Shown here piece by piece: positions 47,989 through 59,592 of a DNA stretch of 64,000 bases. Origin of the DNA: Gemmatimonadales bacterium (GTDB lineage: Bacteria > Gemmatimonadota > Gemmatimonadetes > Gemmatimonadales > GWC2-71-9); contig JAWOLH010000026.1 of the NCBI GenBank assembly GCA_033853695.1, positions 20,299 to 84,298 on the forward strand, written 5' to 3'. The notes below the pieces were generated by a model. That model made no database searches. It saw nothing but the letters and a program-made list of their open reading frames with translations, and had not been told where the DNA came from. The stretch's first letter is position 1. Each line of letters begins with the position of its first letter. The position numbers and the translations under genes are program-made.

Positions 47989-49329
47989 CTACATCTCCTG
48001 CTCGGGGAAGTTCTGCAGCGTGGCCTTGACATCGGCCAGGAACTTGTCCGCGTCGGCGCCGTCGACCACGCGGTGGTCGTACGACATCGTGAGCATTCCC
48101 ATCGACCGGATCGCGATCGCGTCCGCACCGTCGTCCTGGGTGATCACCTTGGGACGCTTCTCGATCGTGCCCACACCGAGGATCGCGACCTGCGGCTGGT
48201 TGATGATGGGAATGCCGGCGTAGGGACCGAAGCCGCCGGGGTTGGTGATCGTGAACGTGCCGTGCTGAATGTCGTCGGGGGAGAGTTTCTTGGTCCGCGC
48301 GCGCTCGCCCAGATCGTTGATGGCGCGGGCCAGCCCCAGAAGCGACAGCTCGTCGGCGTGCTTCACGACCGGGACGATCAGACCCCAGTCGAGCGCCACG
48401 GCGATGCCGATGTTGACGTCGCGGCGATAGATCGTGCTCTCCCCGGACACCGCGGCGTTGATGATCGGATGCTTGCGCAGATTGGCGGCGCATGCCTTGG
48501 CGATGAACGCGAGGAACGTGAGGTTCACTCCCCGGTCCGCGTAGGACGCCTTGTGCTTGGCGCGCAACCGCGCCACCTGGGTGTAGTCGATCTCGAAGAA
48601 GCTCGCGACGTGGGCCGAGACGCGCCGCGACATGATCATGTGATCGGCGGTGATCTTGCGGATTTTGGACCACGGCTCGACGCGGTCGCCCGGCCACGGC
48701 TCTGTGACGGCATGTTCGATCGCGGCGACCGGTGTCACGACTCGGCTGCCGGGGGTCGGGGCAGTCCGCGAGGGCGCCTGCTCGATGAAACCCAGGATGT
48801 CCTGCTTCGTCACGCGTCCCGCGAAACCGGTCCCGGCGATCTGCGAGATGTCGACCTGATGCTCGGCGGCGATTTTGCGCACCAGCGGCGTGGAGCGGCG
48901 GCGGAGCCGGTCCTCCGCGGTTTCGCCGTTGCCGCCCACGATCGCCGGAGCAGGTACCGGCTGGGCCGGGACCGCGCGTGGAGCGACAGGTGCCGCCGGC
49001 GTGGGAGTGGGTGCGGCCTTTGCGGCCGGCGCGGGCTCGGGCTTGGGTGCGGGGGCCGCCGGAGCGGGCGCCGGCGCTGCCGCACCCTTCTCGGTTTCCA
49101 GCACGGCGACGAGTGTCTGGACCGGGACCGTCTGTCCCTCCTGCACCTTGATCTCCGCGAGGACTCCCGCCGACGGCGAGGGGATCTCGGCGTCCACCTT
49201 GTCGGTCGAGATCTCGAACAGTGGCTCGTCGCGCTTGACCGCATCGCCGACCTTCTTGAGCCACTTGCTGAGGGTCCCCTCGGCGATCGATTCGCCCATC
49301 TGGGGCATGAGGACGTCTATGCGGGCCAT
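47989..49329 (-). CDS. 2-oxoacid dehydrogenase E2 (dihydrolipoamide acyltransferase)
   Basis: Lipoyl domain MPQMGESIAEGTLSKWLKKVGD.V..DEPLFEISTDKVDAEIPSP.AGVL, an Ala/Pro linker, a subunit-binding domain, and the catalytic DHRVVDGA. ATG 49329 is chosen. Confidence 0.9.
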   Translation of the reverse strand: MARIDVLMPQMGESIAEGTLSKWLKKVGDAVKRDEPLFEISTDKVDAEIPSPSAGVLAEIKVQEGQTVPVQTLVAVLETEKGAAAPAPAPAAPAPKPEPAPAAKAAPTPTPAAPVAPRAVPAQPVPAPAIVGGNGETAEDRLRRRSTPLVRKIAAEHQVDISQIAGTGFAGRVTKQDILGFIEQAPSRTAPTPGSRVVTPVAAIEHAVTEPWPGDRVEPWSKIRKITADHMIMSRRVSAHVASFFEIDYTQVARLRAKHKASYADRGVNLTFLAFIAKACAANLRKHPIINAAVSGESTIYRRDVNIGIAVALDWGLIVPVVKHADELSLLGLARAINDLGERARTKKLSPDDIQHGTFTITNPGGFGPYAGIPIINQPQVAILGVGTIEKRPKVITQDDGADAIAIRSMGMLTMSYDHRVVDGADADKFLADVKATLQNFPEQEM

Positions 49330-49362
49330 GAGAACCTCGAATGCGTCATCGGTTTTCGGTCT

Positions 49363-49405
49363 TCGGTCATCGGCGACATCGAATCTACCGATATCCGATG
49401 ACCGA
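49363..49405 (-). repeat. Intercistronic inverted repeat (11-bp stem) between E1beta and E2
   Basis: tcggtcatcgg (49363..49373) and ccgatgaccga (49395..49405) are perfect reverse complements with a 21-nt loop. A third copy of the gtcatcgg core lies at 49345..49352. Confidence 0.5.
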
Positions 49406-49412
49406 TAACGCC

Positions 49413-50393
49413 TTAGTACTTCGCCAGCCAACGAGCTGCGTTGACGATGTCCTCCGTCTGCGGCAGCACAAAATCCTCCAAGGTCGGCGCGTACGGCAGC
49501 GGCACGTCGTGCGCCGTAACGCGCATGATCGGCCCATCGAGCCACTCGAAGGCCTGCTCGTTGATTCGGGCCGCGATCTCGCCCGCAACCCCGCCGGTGC
49601 GCGTGTCCTCGTGGACGATCAGGACCTTGTTCGTCTTCCGGACGGTTGCCATGACGCCCTCGTCATCGAGCGGAAGGAGCGTGCGCAGATCGAGCACTTC
49701 GACGTTGACACCATCGTTCTGGGCCAGCTGATCGGCCGCCTCGAGCGCCTTCCACACGGTGGCCCCGTAGGTGATGATCGACAGGTCCTTTCCCTCGCGC
49801 GCCAGCCGGGCCTTCCCGATCGGCGTGAGGATCTCCTCGCCCTCGGGGAGCGCCTCCTTGATCCGACGGTAGAGCCACTTGTGCTCGAGATAGATGACGG
49901 GGTCGTCATCGCGGATCGAAGCCTTGATCAGTCCCTTCGCATCGCGCGCGGTCGCCGGGTAGACGATCTTCAGCCCCGGCGTATGGAAGAATGCCGCCTC
50001 GGGATTCTGTGAATGAAACGGGCCGCCGCGCACGTAGCCCCCGCAGGGGCCGCGCACGACGATCGGCGTCCCCAGGCCCGCCCGGTAGCGCGCGGTCGCG
50101 ACGTAATTCGTGAGCATATCGTAGGCGCACGAGATGAAGTCGATGAACTGCATCTCCGCGACGGGACGCATACCCATGTGCGCCGCGCCGGCGGCCGCTC
50201 CCACAATCGCCGCTTCCGAGATCGGCGTGTCGATCACCCGCGACTCGCCGAAGCGCTTCTGGAATCCCTCGGTGACCTTGAACGCTCCCCCGTAGGCGCC
50301 GATGTCTTCGCCCAGCATGAACACGCGGTCGTCGCGCTCCATCTCCTCCCACAACCCCTGGCGCAGTGCCTCGAGAAACGTGATCTCGGCCAT
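49413..50393 (-). CDS. 2-oxoacid dehydrogenase E1 component beta subunit
   Basis: MAEITFLEALRQGLWEEMERDDRVFMLGEDIG.YGGAFKVT.GF...FGE.RV.DTPISE.AIVGAA.GAA..G.RPV.EMQF.DF. ATGA overlap with E1alpha. Confidence 0.92.
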   Translation of the reverse strand: MAEITFLEALRQGLWEEMERDDRVFMLGEDIGAYGGAFKVTEGFQKRFGESRVIDTPISEAAIVGAAAGAAHMGMRPVAEMQFIDFISCAYDMLTNYVATARYRAGLGTPIVVRGPCGGYVRGGPFHSQNPEAAFFHTPGLKIVYPATARDAKGLIKASIRDDDPVIYLEHKWLYRRIKEALPEGEEILTPIGKARLAREGKDLSIITYGATVWKALEAADQLAQNDGVNVEVLDLRTLLPLDDEGVMATVRKTNKVLIVHEDTRTGGVAGEIAARINEQAFEWLDGPIMRVTAHDVPLPYAPTLEDFVLPQTEDIVNAARWLAKY

Positions 50394-51454
50394 CACAGCT
50401 CCCGATACCAGAGGCGGTACGCCGAGGACGGATCGGCATACACACCGCTCAACGCCGAATCGCCCGGAGGTAACGGCTCGTTCACGCACGCGTCCGTCAC
50501 CCGGTCGATTTCGTCCTTCACGGTCTGATCGATGTCGGCGAGCTCCGACTCCTCCGCCCAGCCATTCTCCAGGAGCTGCTTCACGTACCGATCGACCGGG
50601 TCGTTCTCCCTGGCCCAGCGCTCCAGCTCCCCCTTCGGCTGATATGACTGATCGTCGTGCTCCGCGTGCCCCTTGCGGCGGTACGTCTTTACCTCGATGA
50701 AGTGGGTCCCCTTGCCACGGCGCGCCCGCTCCACGGCGTGCTTCGCAGCAGCGTACACCGCCAAAACATCGTTGCCGTCGATCGTGACCGTATGAATGCC
50801 GTACCCCTTCGCTTTGTCCGCCAGATCCCGCACCGCGAACTGCTTCTCGGGCGGCGTCGAATACGCCCAGTGGTTATACTCTCCGATCACGACGAGGGGG
50901 CAGCGCTGCACCGCCGCAAAGTTCAATCCCTCGTGAAACGCCCCGGTCGACGTCGCGCCATCTCCCACATAGACCATCCCGACCCGCGGCTCGCCGCGCA
51001 TCTTGAAGGTCAGCGTAATCCCGGCCATCACGGGTACCATGTCGCCCAGATGCGAGATCTGGCCGAGGTATCCCTTCTCGAGATCGTTGAAATGGACGTT
51101 CAGCTCGCGGCCGTGGGTGGGACTTTCGGCCTTGGCCATGTACTGGCGCAGGATCTCGATCGGTTGTGCGCCCATCACGAGCATCGACCCAAGATTGCGG
51201 ATCAGCGGCGACAGGATGTCGCGGTGGCGACCGCGATCGAGAGCGTACGCCGTGGCCACCGACTCCCCCTCCTGACCGAGCGAGCGGAACAGCCCCCCGA
51301 TCACCTTGCTCTGCCGGTATAGCGCCACCAAGCGCTCCTCCAGAGTCCGCGTCAGCCGCAGGTAGCGGTACATTTCGATGAGCTGCGGACGCTCGAGCTC
51401 GGCCGGGATGGCCTGTGGCTCGCGACTTGTGGCGGGTAGGGGTTGAGGAGGCAT
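50393..51454 (-). CDS. 2-oxoacid dehydrogenase E1 component alpha subunit (TPP-dependent)
   Basis: TPP-binding region VYVGDGATSTGAFHEGLNFAAV...PLVVIGEYNHWAYSTP. The typical E1alpha N-terminus reads M..LR..EE......Q.K..G. Whether the substrate is branched-chain, pyruvate or acetoin cannot be decided by eye. Confidence 0.9.
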   Translation of the reverse strand: MPPQPLPATSREPQAIPAELERPQLIEMYRYLRLTRTLEERLVALYRQSKVIGGLFRSLGQEGESVATAYALDRGRHRDILSPLIRNLGSMLVMGAQPIEILRQYMAKAESPTHGRELNVHFNDLEKGYLGQISHLGDMVPVMAGITLTFKMRGEPRVGMVYVGDGATSTGAFHEGLNFAAVQRCPLVVIGEYNHWAYSTPPEKQFAVRDLADKAKGYGIHTVTIDGNDVLAVYAAAKHAVERARRGKGTHFIEVKTYRRKGHAEHDDQSYQPKGELERWARENDPVDRYVKQLLENGWAEESELADIDQTVKDEIDRVTDACVNEPLPPGDSALSGVYADPSSAYRLWYREL

Positions 51455-51462
51455 TCCGCTAA

Positions 51463-51468
51463 ATTATA
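51463..51468 (-). promoter_or_regulatory. TATAAT box 8 nt upstream of the E1alpha ATG (possible leaderless or very short-leader transcript)
   Basis: The minus strand reads tataat-ttagcgga-ATG with no SD between them. No convincing -35. On the plus strand the same AT patch gives TATAGT (51465..51470), with TTGAGG 16 nt upstream, as a candidate copZ promoter. Confidence 0.3.
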
Positions 51469-51521
51469 GTGGGCCGTAAAGTTGCGGGGACCGAGGGGCT
51501 AAATCAAGCGCGAGGCGTCAC

Positions 51522-51737
51522 ATGGCGAGCGCCAAATTCAGCGTGAGCGGCATGACCTGCCACCACTGTCAGCAAAAGGTTGAGAAGGCCCTCAAGGGGG
51601 TGGCGGGGGTCTATTCGGCGGTGGTGGATTTGCCGAACGGTGTGGCGGAGGTGGACTTCGACGACGATGCGGTGACGTCGTCGGCGCTCGTCGCCGCTGT
51701 CGAGCGAGCCGGCTATGGAGCGCGGCTCGCCGGATAG
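51522..51737 (+). CDS. copZ: Heavy-metal-associated (HMA) copper chaperone CopZ-like
   Basis: MASAKFSVSGMTCHHCQQKVEKALKGVAGV is the GMTCxxC ferredoxin-like HMA domain. 71 aa. Confidence 0.9.
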   Translation: MASAKFSVSGMTCHHCQQKVEKALKGVAGVYSAVVDLPNGVAEVDFDDDAVTSSALVAAVERAGYGARLAG

Positions 51738-51741
51738 CTCG

Positions 51742-52032
51742 TTAGTAGGCTCCGCGTAGCTCGTGCGCCGGCTCGACCTGGCGGTGAATTTCGGAGAGGA
51801 ACCGCTTGGCGACCTTGTCCAGCTCCGACTCGCCCACCTGGTCGGTCTGCACGTCGACCAACGTGTAGTGCCCACCCTCCGCTTTCACCGAGACCGTCAC
51901 CTTTCCCAGCGAGCCGCGGAATCCGAGCCGGCGCGAGGCCTCTTCTGACGGCGCGAGCCGCGGACCAAAGTAGGCCTTTGCGGCCGTCAGCACGGCATCG
52001 GGAGAGAGCGAAGTCCGATGGAAGTATCGCAT
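51742..52032 (-). CDS. Hypothetical 96-aa protein downstream of copA
   Basis: MRYFHRTSLSPDAVLTAAKAYFGPRL...GKVTVSVKAEGGHYTLVDVQTDQVGESELDKVAKRFLSEIH has a protein-like composition. It starts 10 nt after the copA stop. No recognisable motif. Confidence 0.5.
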   Translation of the reverse strand: MRYFHRTSLSPDAVLTAAKAYFGPRLAPSEEASRRLGFRGSLGKVTVSVKAEGGHYTLVDVQTDQVGESELDKVAKRFLSEIHRQVEPAHELRGAY

Positions 52033-52042
52033 GCGAGATCCC

Positions 52043-54559
52043 CTAGGAAACCCACGCCGGAGTGTAGCGCCGCAGGCGCAGGCTGTTCAAGACCACGCTG
52101 AGGCTGGACCACGCCATCGCGGCGCTCGCCAGCACCGGTGAGAGCAGGGCGCCGGTGAACGGATAGAGGACGCCGGCCGCGATCGGGATGCCGAGCAGGT
52201 TGTAAATGAAGGCCCAGAACAGGTTCTGGCGGATCGTCGTGATCGTGCGGCGCGACACCTCGATCGCGGCGACGATGCCGCGCGGGTCGCCGCGAATGAG
52301 CGTCACGTCTGACGCCTCGATCGCCACCTCGGTCCCCGTGCCGATCGCCACGCCCACATCCGCCTGTGCCAGGGCCGGTGCGTCGTTGATGCCGTCCCCC
52401 ACCATCGCGACGGTGCGACCCTGGGCCTGGATCTTCCTCACCAAATCGACCTTCTGGGACGGCAACACCTCGGCCACGACCTCCGCAATGCCGACCTCCC
52501 GGGCGACCGCTTCCGCCGTGCGGCGCGCGTCGCCCGACAGCATCCGCACCTCGACGCCTAGCTGGCGCAGCCGCTCGACCGCCTCCTTGGCGGTCGGCTT
52601 GACGGGATCGGACACGGCCAGGACCGCGTGCACCGTATTGTTGACCACCACGACGAGCACCGTCCGCCCCTGCTGCGCGAGTCGCTCGGCATCCTGCTCG
52701 AGGCTGCCCAGCTGCAGGCTGCGCTCTCTCGCATGGCGCGCGGAGATGACCTCAATGAGGCGGCGGTCGACCGTGCCGCGCACGCCGCGTCCTTCCATGA
52801 GCGCGAACTTCTCGACCGGCAGGAGCAGCAGCATCCGCTCCTGGGCGGCCCGCACGATCGCCTGCGCGACAGGATGCTCAGAGCGCTGCTCCACCGATGC
52901 GGCCCAGCGCAGGACTTCGGGAACGGGGACGGCGGTGCCGTCCGGCTTGCGAGCGGTGACGACGTGCGTGATCGCTGGATGCCCCTCGGTAATCGTCCCC
53001 GTTTTGTCGAGCAGCACGGTGCTTACGCGGGACAGTAGCTCGAGCGCCTCGCCCCCTCGGATGAGGATTCCCTGCTCCGCGGCGCGACCGGTCGCGACCA
53101 GGACGGCAGTCGGCGTCGCCAGGCCGAGCGCGCAGGGACAGGCGATGATCAGCACGGTGACGAGCGCGATCGTGGCGAACAAGAGCGCGGGCTGCGGGCC
53201 AAAATCGAACCAGACCACGAACGCTGCGATCGCGATCGCCATGACGACCGGCACGAACACCCCGGCGACCCGGTCGGCGAGGCGTTGAATCGGCGCCTTG
53301 GAGCTCTGTGCCTCCTCGACCATCCGAACGATCTGGCCGAGTGCGGTGTCCTTGCCGACGTGGGTGACCCGGAACGTGAACGTGCCGGTGGTGTTGACCG
53401 TTCCGCCGATGACCTCAGCGCCCACTTGCTTCGTCACGGGAATCGGCTCCCCCGTGAGCATCGATTCATCGACCGACGACGATCCCTCCGTGATGACGCC
53501 GTCCGCCGGAACACGCTCCCCCGGCTTCACAACGATGAGCTGCTGCACCGCGAGGGCCGCCACGGGGACGTCCTGCGTGCCGGTCCCCTGCACGACGTGG
53601 GCGACTGCCGGCGTGAGGGACGCGAGCCGCCGGATCGCCGCGGAAGTGCTGCCCCGGGCGCGCGCCTCGAGCAGCCGTCCGAGGAGGATCAGCGCGATGA
53701 CGGCGGCGACGACCTCGTAGTAGACATTGGCGGTGAGCCCGGCGCTCGTGAAGAGCCCCGGCGCGGCCGTCGCCGCCAGGGAGTACAGCAAGGCGGCCCC
53801 GGTACCGACGGCGATCAGCGTGTTCATGTCGGCGGTCCGGTGCTTGAAGCCGCTCCAGGCGCCGCGATAGAACTGTCGACCCGACCAGAGCACGACGGGG
53901 AGCGTCAACAGGGCGAGCACCCAGTGCACGCGTCCCGCATGCGCCAGGAACCCATGCTCGGTGACGGCGTGGAGCCGCTGGGCCACTGCGCCGGCGTGCG
54001 AGCCGGTCATCGTCGACATCGAGCCGAGCATCGACACGACCGCGGCCAGCGCCGCGACGACGAACTTCCACGTCAGCTGGCGCACCTCCCGCTCGCGGGC
54101 GAGACGCTCACGCTCCACGGGATCCTCGGCGGCGATCGGCGCGGCGACCTGGAAGCCCGCGGCCGCCACCGCCGTTTCGAGCTGCTCCGTGGTCGTGACG
54201 CCGGGCACGTACGTCACGGTCACCGTTTCCGTCGCCTGATTGGCGACGGCGCGCAGCACCCCCGGCACGGCCGCGAGGCCACGCTCCAGACCCTCGACGC
54301 TCGGCGCGTAATGGAGATCGGTGACGGCGAAGCTCACCTGCGCCTGCCCGGCGTCGTAGCCCGCCTCGCGGACGGCGTGCACGAGCGACACGATGCCGGT
54401 GCGCGTATCGTCGTAGTCGACGGCGGCCTTTCCGGTGGCGTAGTTCACCGACGCCTGCGCGACGCCGGGAACCGCTCCGAGAGCGCCCTGCACCGTGACC
54501 GCGCAGGCAGCGCAGCTCATCCCCTCGATGGGGAGGGTGAGGCGTTGACTAGCCACCAT
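52043..54559 (-). CDS. copA: Copper-translocating P1B-type ATPase
   Basis: N-terminal [11 protein letters not shown] plus a second Cys-less HMA-like repeat, TM CPC motif ([12 protein letters not shown]), DKTGTIT, and [11 protein letters not shown] 54559 is preferred; the track start is 54610. Confidence 0.95.
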   Translation of the reverse strand: MVASQRLTLPIEGMSCAACAVTVQGALGAVPGVAQASVNYATGKAAVDYDDTRTGIVSLVHAVREAGYDAGQAQVSFAVTDLHYAPSVEGLERGLAAVPGVLRAVANQATETVTVTYVPGVTTTEQLETAVAAAGFQVAAPIAAEDPVERERLAREREVRQLTWKFVVAALAAVVSMLGSMSTMTGSHAGAVAQRLHAVTEHGFLAHAGRVHWVLALLTLPVVLWSGRQFYRGAWSGFKHRTADMNTLIAVGTGAALLYSLAATAAPGLFTSAGLTANVYYEVVAAVIALILLGRLLEARARGSTSAAIRRLASLTPAVAHVVQGTGTQDVPVAALAVQQLIVVKPGERVPADGVITEGSSSVDESMLTGEPIPVTKQVGAEVIGGTVNTTGTFTFRVTHVGKDTALGQIVRMVEEAQSSKAPIQRLADRVAGVFVPVVMAIAIAAFVVWFDFGPQPALLFATIALVTVLIIACPCALGLATPTAVLVATGRAAEQGILIRGGEALELLSRVSTVLLDKTGTITEGHPAITHVVTARKPDGTAVPVPEVLRWAASVEQRSEHPVAQAIVRAAQERMLLLLPVEKFALMEGRGVRGTVDRRLIEVISARHARERSLQLGSLEQDAERLAQQGRTVLVVVVNNTVHAVLAVSDPVKPTAKEAVERLRQLGVEVRMLSGDARRTAEAVAREVGIAEVVAEVLPSQKVDLVRKIQAQGRTVAMVGDGINDAPALAQADVGVAIGTGTEVAIEASDVTLIRGDPRGIVAAIEVSRRTITTIRQNLFWAFIYNLLGIPIAAGVLYPFTGALLSPVLASAAMAWSSLSVVLNSLRLRRYTPAWVS

Positions 54560-54974
54560 GACTCCCGTGCGGTGAAGCGGCGGCTTTGGTGCCGCCGGCC
54601 GGCTCGACAACCAGCAACCCCTTCAGCATCGACATTCCACAACGAAAGGGATACTCGCCGGGTTCCTGCGGCGTGAACTCGATCAGTGTGGTTTCGAACG
54701 CGGGAAGGTGGCGGTCGATGCCGAACTGCTCGAACACCACGCGTTCCGAGCAATCGGCGGTCTCATCGCGATAGAAGCGCAACCGGACCGGCTTTCCCGC
54801 CTGCACGAGAATCGTGTCCGGCAGGTAGCCGCCCTTGACCGTCACGGCGACTTCCTGGATGCCGCGGTTCGGGCGCGCGGCCACGGCCGGAGCCCGCGAC
54901 CACAGGAAATACCACAGCACCCACCCGACCGCCGCGACTCCGAGGACGGTGACGACGACCTGCGCCGTGGTCAC
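54549..54974 (-). CDS. Membrane-anchored cupredoxin-like domain protein
   Basis: An N-terminal TM helix, then [30 protein letters not shown]...C......F........[22 protein letters not shown], the Cupredoxin_1-type pattern commonly found next to copA. Confidence 0.7.
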   Translation of the reverse strand: MTTAQVVVTVLGVAAVGWVLWYFLWSRAPAVAARPNRGIQEVAVTVKGGYLPDTILVQAGKPVRLRFYRDETADCSERVVFEQFGIDRHLPAFETTLIEFTPQEPGEYPFRCGMSMLKGLLVVEPAGGTKAAASPHGSHGG

Positions 54975-54984
54975 CGGTCACCTC

Positions 54985-57471
<2,487 letters not shown>

Positions 57472-57514
57472 CAGGGAGTGTCTCCGGAGCTGATGGTTCG
57501 CGTCACGCGGTGGC

Positions 57515-58846
57515 TTATTTCTCTCCGTACTCGTAGTACTCGACGCCCAGGTGCGTAATCTGGGCCTCGCCCATCAGCCACCGCAGCGTGTTCTTGAGCT
57601 TGGTCTGCTGGATGAAGAGATCGTGCTCGGGACTCAGGCCCGGCGCAGCCTGCGGGCTCTTGAAGTAGAACGACAGCCACTCCTGCACGCCGCCCAGGCC
57701 GGCGCGGTGCGCCAGGTCGAAGAACAGCGCCAGATCGAGCACGATCGGCGCGGCCAGAATCGAGTCGCGGCACAGGAAATCGACCTTGATCTGCATCGGG
57801 TAGCCGAGCCACCCGAAGATGTCGATGTTGTCCCACCCTTCCTTGTTGTCGCCGCGCGGCGGGTAGTAGTTGATGCGCACCTTGTGGAACACCTTGCCGT
57901 ACAACTCCGGATACATGTCGGGCTGCAGGATGTATTCCAGTACGCCAAGCTTCGACTCTTCCTTCGTCTTGAACGACTCGGGATCGTCCAGCACCTCGCC
58001 ATCGCGATTCCCGAGAATGTTGGTCGAGTACCAGCCCGCCAGGCCGAGCATGCGCGCCTTGAACGCCGGCGCGAGCACCGTCTTCATCATCGTCTGGCCG
58101 GTCTTGAAGTCCTTCCCCCCGATCGGGAGATGCTTCTCCTCGGCCAGTTGCACCATCGCAGGAATGTCGACGGTGAGATTCGGGGCCCCGTTGGCGAACG
58201 GCACGCCCTCCATCAGCGCCGCCCAGGCGTAGAGCATCGACGGCGCAATCGCCGAATCGTTCTGCTCCATCGCCTTCTCGAAGCTCGCCAGCGACTGATG
58301 CGCCGGTCCCGCCGTGATGAACACCTCCGTCGACGCGCACCACACCATGACGAGGCGGTCGCACCCGGACGACTGCTTGAAGTTTCTGATGTCGGCCCGC
58401 AGCTGCTCGGCCAGGTCGCGCTTCGTCTTCCCCGTTTTGACGTTCGTCCCCTGGAGCCGCTTCACGTAATTCTGATCGAAGGCGGCCGGCATCGGCCGGA
58501 TGCCCTTGAGAAACGCCGCGATCGGCTCGAGGTGCTCGCGCTCGAGCACCCCAGCCTTCGTGGCGGCGGTGTAGGCGTCGTCGGGAATCGGGTCCCAGGC
58601 GGCGAAGACCAGATCGTTGAGATCGGCGAGCGGCACGAAGTCCTTGATCTTCGGCGCGCGATTCTCGGTCCGCCTGCCGAGCCGGATCGACGCCATTTGC
58701 GACAACGAGCCGATCGGCAACGCCTTGCCTCGACGGACGCTTTCTACGCCGGCGATGAAGGTCGTGGCGACGGCGCCCAGCCCCACGAGCAAGACACCCA
58801 GTTTCCCCTGCGCCGGGGCGATGTCCCGGCGACCCGAATCCCGCAC
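57515..58846 (-). CDS. ino1: myo-Inositol-1-phosphate (inositol-3-phosphate) synthase
   Basis: GVLLVGLGAVATTFIAG, WCASTE, ANGAPN, GKDFKTGQT..K..LAP, NILGNRDG, and a KEESK...DNKEGWDNID tail are typical of the bacterial/archaeal MIPS family. GTG 58846 lies 2 nt after the upstream stop with an AAAGGA SD. Confidence 0.88.
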   Translation of the reverse strand: MRDSGRRDIAPAQGKLGVLLVGLGAVATTFIAGVESVRRGKALPIGSLSQMASIRLGRRTENRAPKIKDFVPLADLNDLVFAAWDPIPDDAYTAATKAGVLEREHLEPIAAFLKGIRPMPAAFDQNYVKRLQGTNVKTGKTKRDLAEQLRADIRNFKQSSGCDRLVMVWCASTEVFITAGPAHQSLASFEKAMEQNDSAIAPSMLYAWAALMEGVPFANGAPNLTVDIPAMVQLAEEKHLPIGGKDFKTGQTMMKTVLAPAFKARMLGLAGWYSTNILGNRDGEVLDDPESFKTKEESKLGVLEYILQPDMYPELYGKVFHKVRINYYPPRGDNKEGWDNIDIFGWLGYPMQIKVDFLCRDSILAAPIVLDLALFFDLAHRAGLGGVQEWLSFYFKSPQAAPGLSPEHDLFIQQTKLKNTLRWLMGEAQITHLGVEYYEYGEK

Positions 58847-58848
58847 GA

Positions 58849-59544
58849 TCAGGTTCCTTTCCGCAGTGATGCGCGACCGGGAAGCGTGTCCCGCTGCCGC
58901 GGACCACCCGTTCGCCTCACCGGGACCGCGTCCGCGGTCCGGGCGACATAGATGACTCGCTGGATCACCGTGATCACGGTGACGAGCGCCAGCACGGCCA
59001 CGATCCAGAGCAGCAGGCGCCCGCCCCACGCGGCACCGAACAGGAGCGTCGGCGCGCCGAGCACCAGAAACCGCTCCGCCCGGGCGGCGATGCCCACCTT
59101 GCACTCGAGACCCAGCCCCTCGGCCCGCGCTCGCGTGTATGACACGAGCAGCGACGCGGCCAGCGCCGTAATCGCCAGCATCACGCCGAGCGCGACTTCG
59201 GCCGGCGGCAGGCCGCCCCGCAAGAAGTGCAGCGAGATTCCGGAAAACAGTGCGGCCTCGCCCACCCGATCGAGCGTACTGTCGTAGAAGGCGCCGAACG
59301 TGGAACCGCTCCCGCCGATGCGCGCTACCTGGCCGTCGAGAATGTCGAACAACCCTGACAGCAGCAGCAGAAAACCGCCCAGACGGATCTCGCTCAACCC
59401 GAACGCGACCGCCGACCCGACTACGATGAGCACACCGAGAGTCGTGATCATGTTCGGCGACACTTGGGCCCGCACCAGACGCCCGACGATCGGCTTCGTG
59501 AGACTCACGAAGCCGTCTTTGACGGCTTGCGGGATCACGTTCAT
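58849..59544 (-). CDS. CDP-alcohol phosphatidyltransferase, probable phosphatidylinositol-phosphate synthase
   Basis: Family signature D-G-x2-A-R-x7-8-G-x3-D-x3-D in FDILDGQVARIGGSGSTFGAFYDSTLDRVGE. Six TM segments. Placed immediately upstream of MIPS. Confidence 0.75.
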   Translation of the reverse strand: MNVIPQAVKDGFVSLTKPIVGRLVRAQVSPNMITTLGVLIVVGSAVAFGLSEIRLGGFLLLLSGLFDILDGQVARIGGSGSTFGAFYDSTLDRVGEAALFSGISLHFLRGGLPPAEVALGVMLAITALAASLLVSYTRARAEGLGLECKVGIAARAERFLVLGAPTLLFGAAWGGRLLLWIVAVLALVTVITVIQRVIYVARTADAVPVRRTGGPRQRDTLPGRASLRKGT

Positions 59545-59592
59545 AGCCGCGGGAAACTAACAGGCGCCCGGGGTCCCGCAAAGGGGAAACCT

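Noticed and set aside
47672-49264. Track ORFs that look like large proteins: 530 aa at 47672..49264, 738 aa at 57515..59731, 664 aa at 59593..61587, 430 aa at 12807..14099 and 396 aa at 43849..45039.
   Set aside because: Each is a genuine gene's frame running open upstream through the neighbouring gene. Only the 3' portion has protein-like sequence. An internal start codon coupled to the upstream stop gives the real gene.
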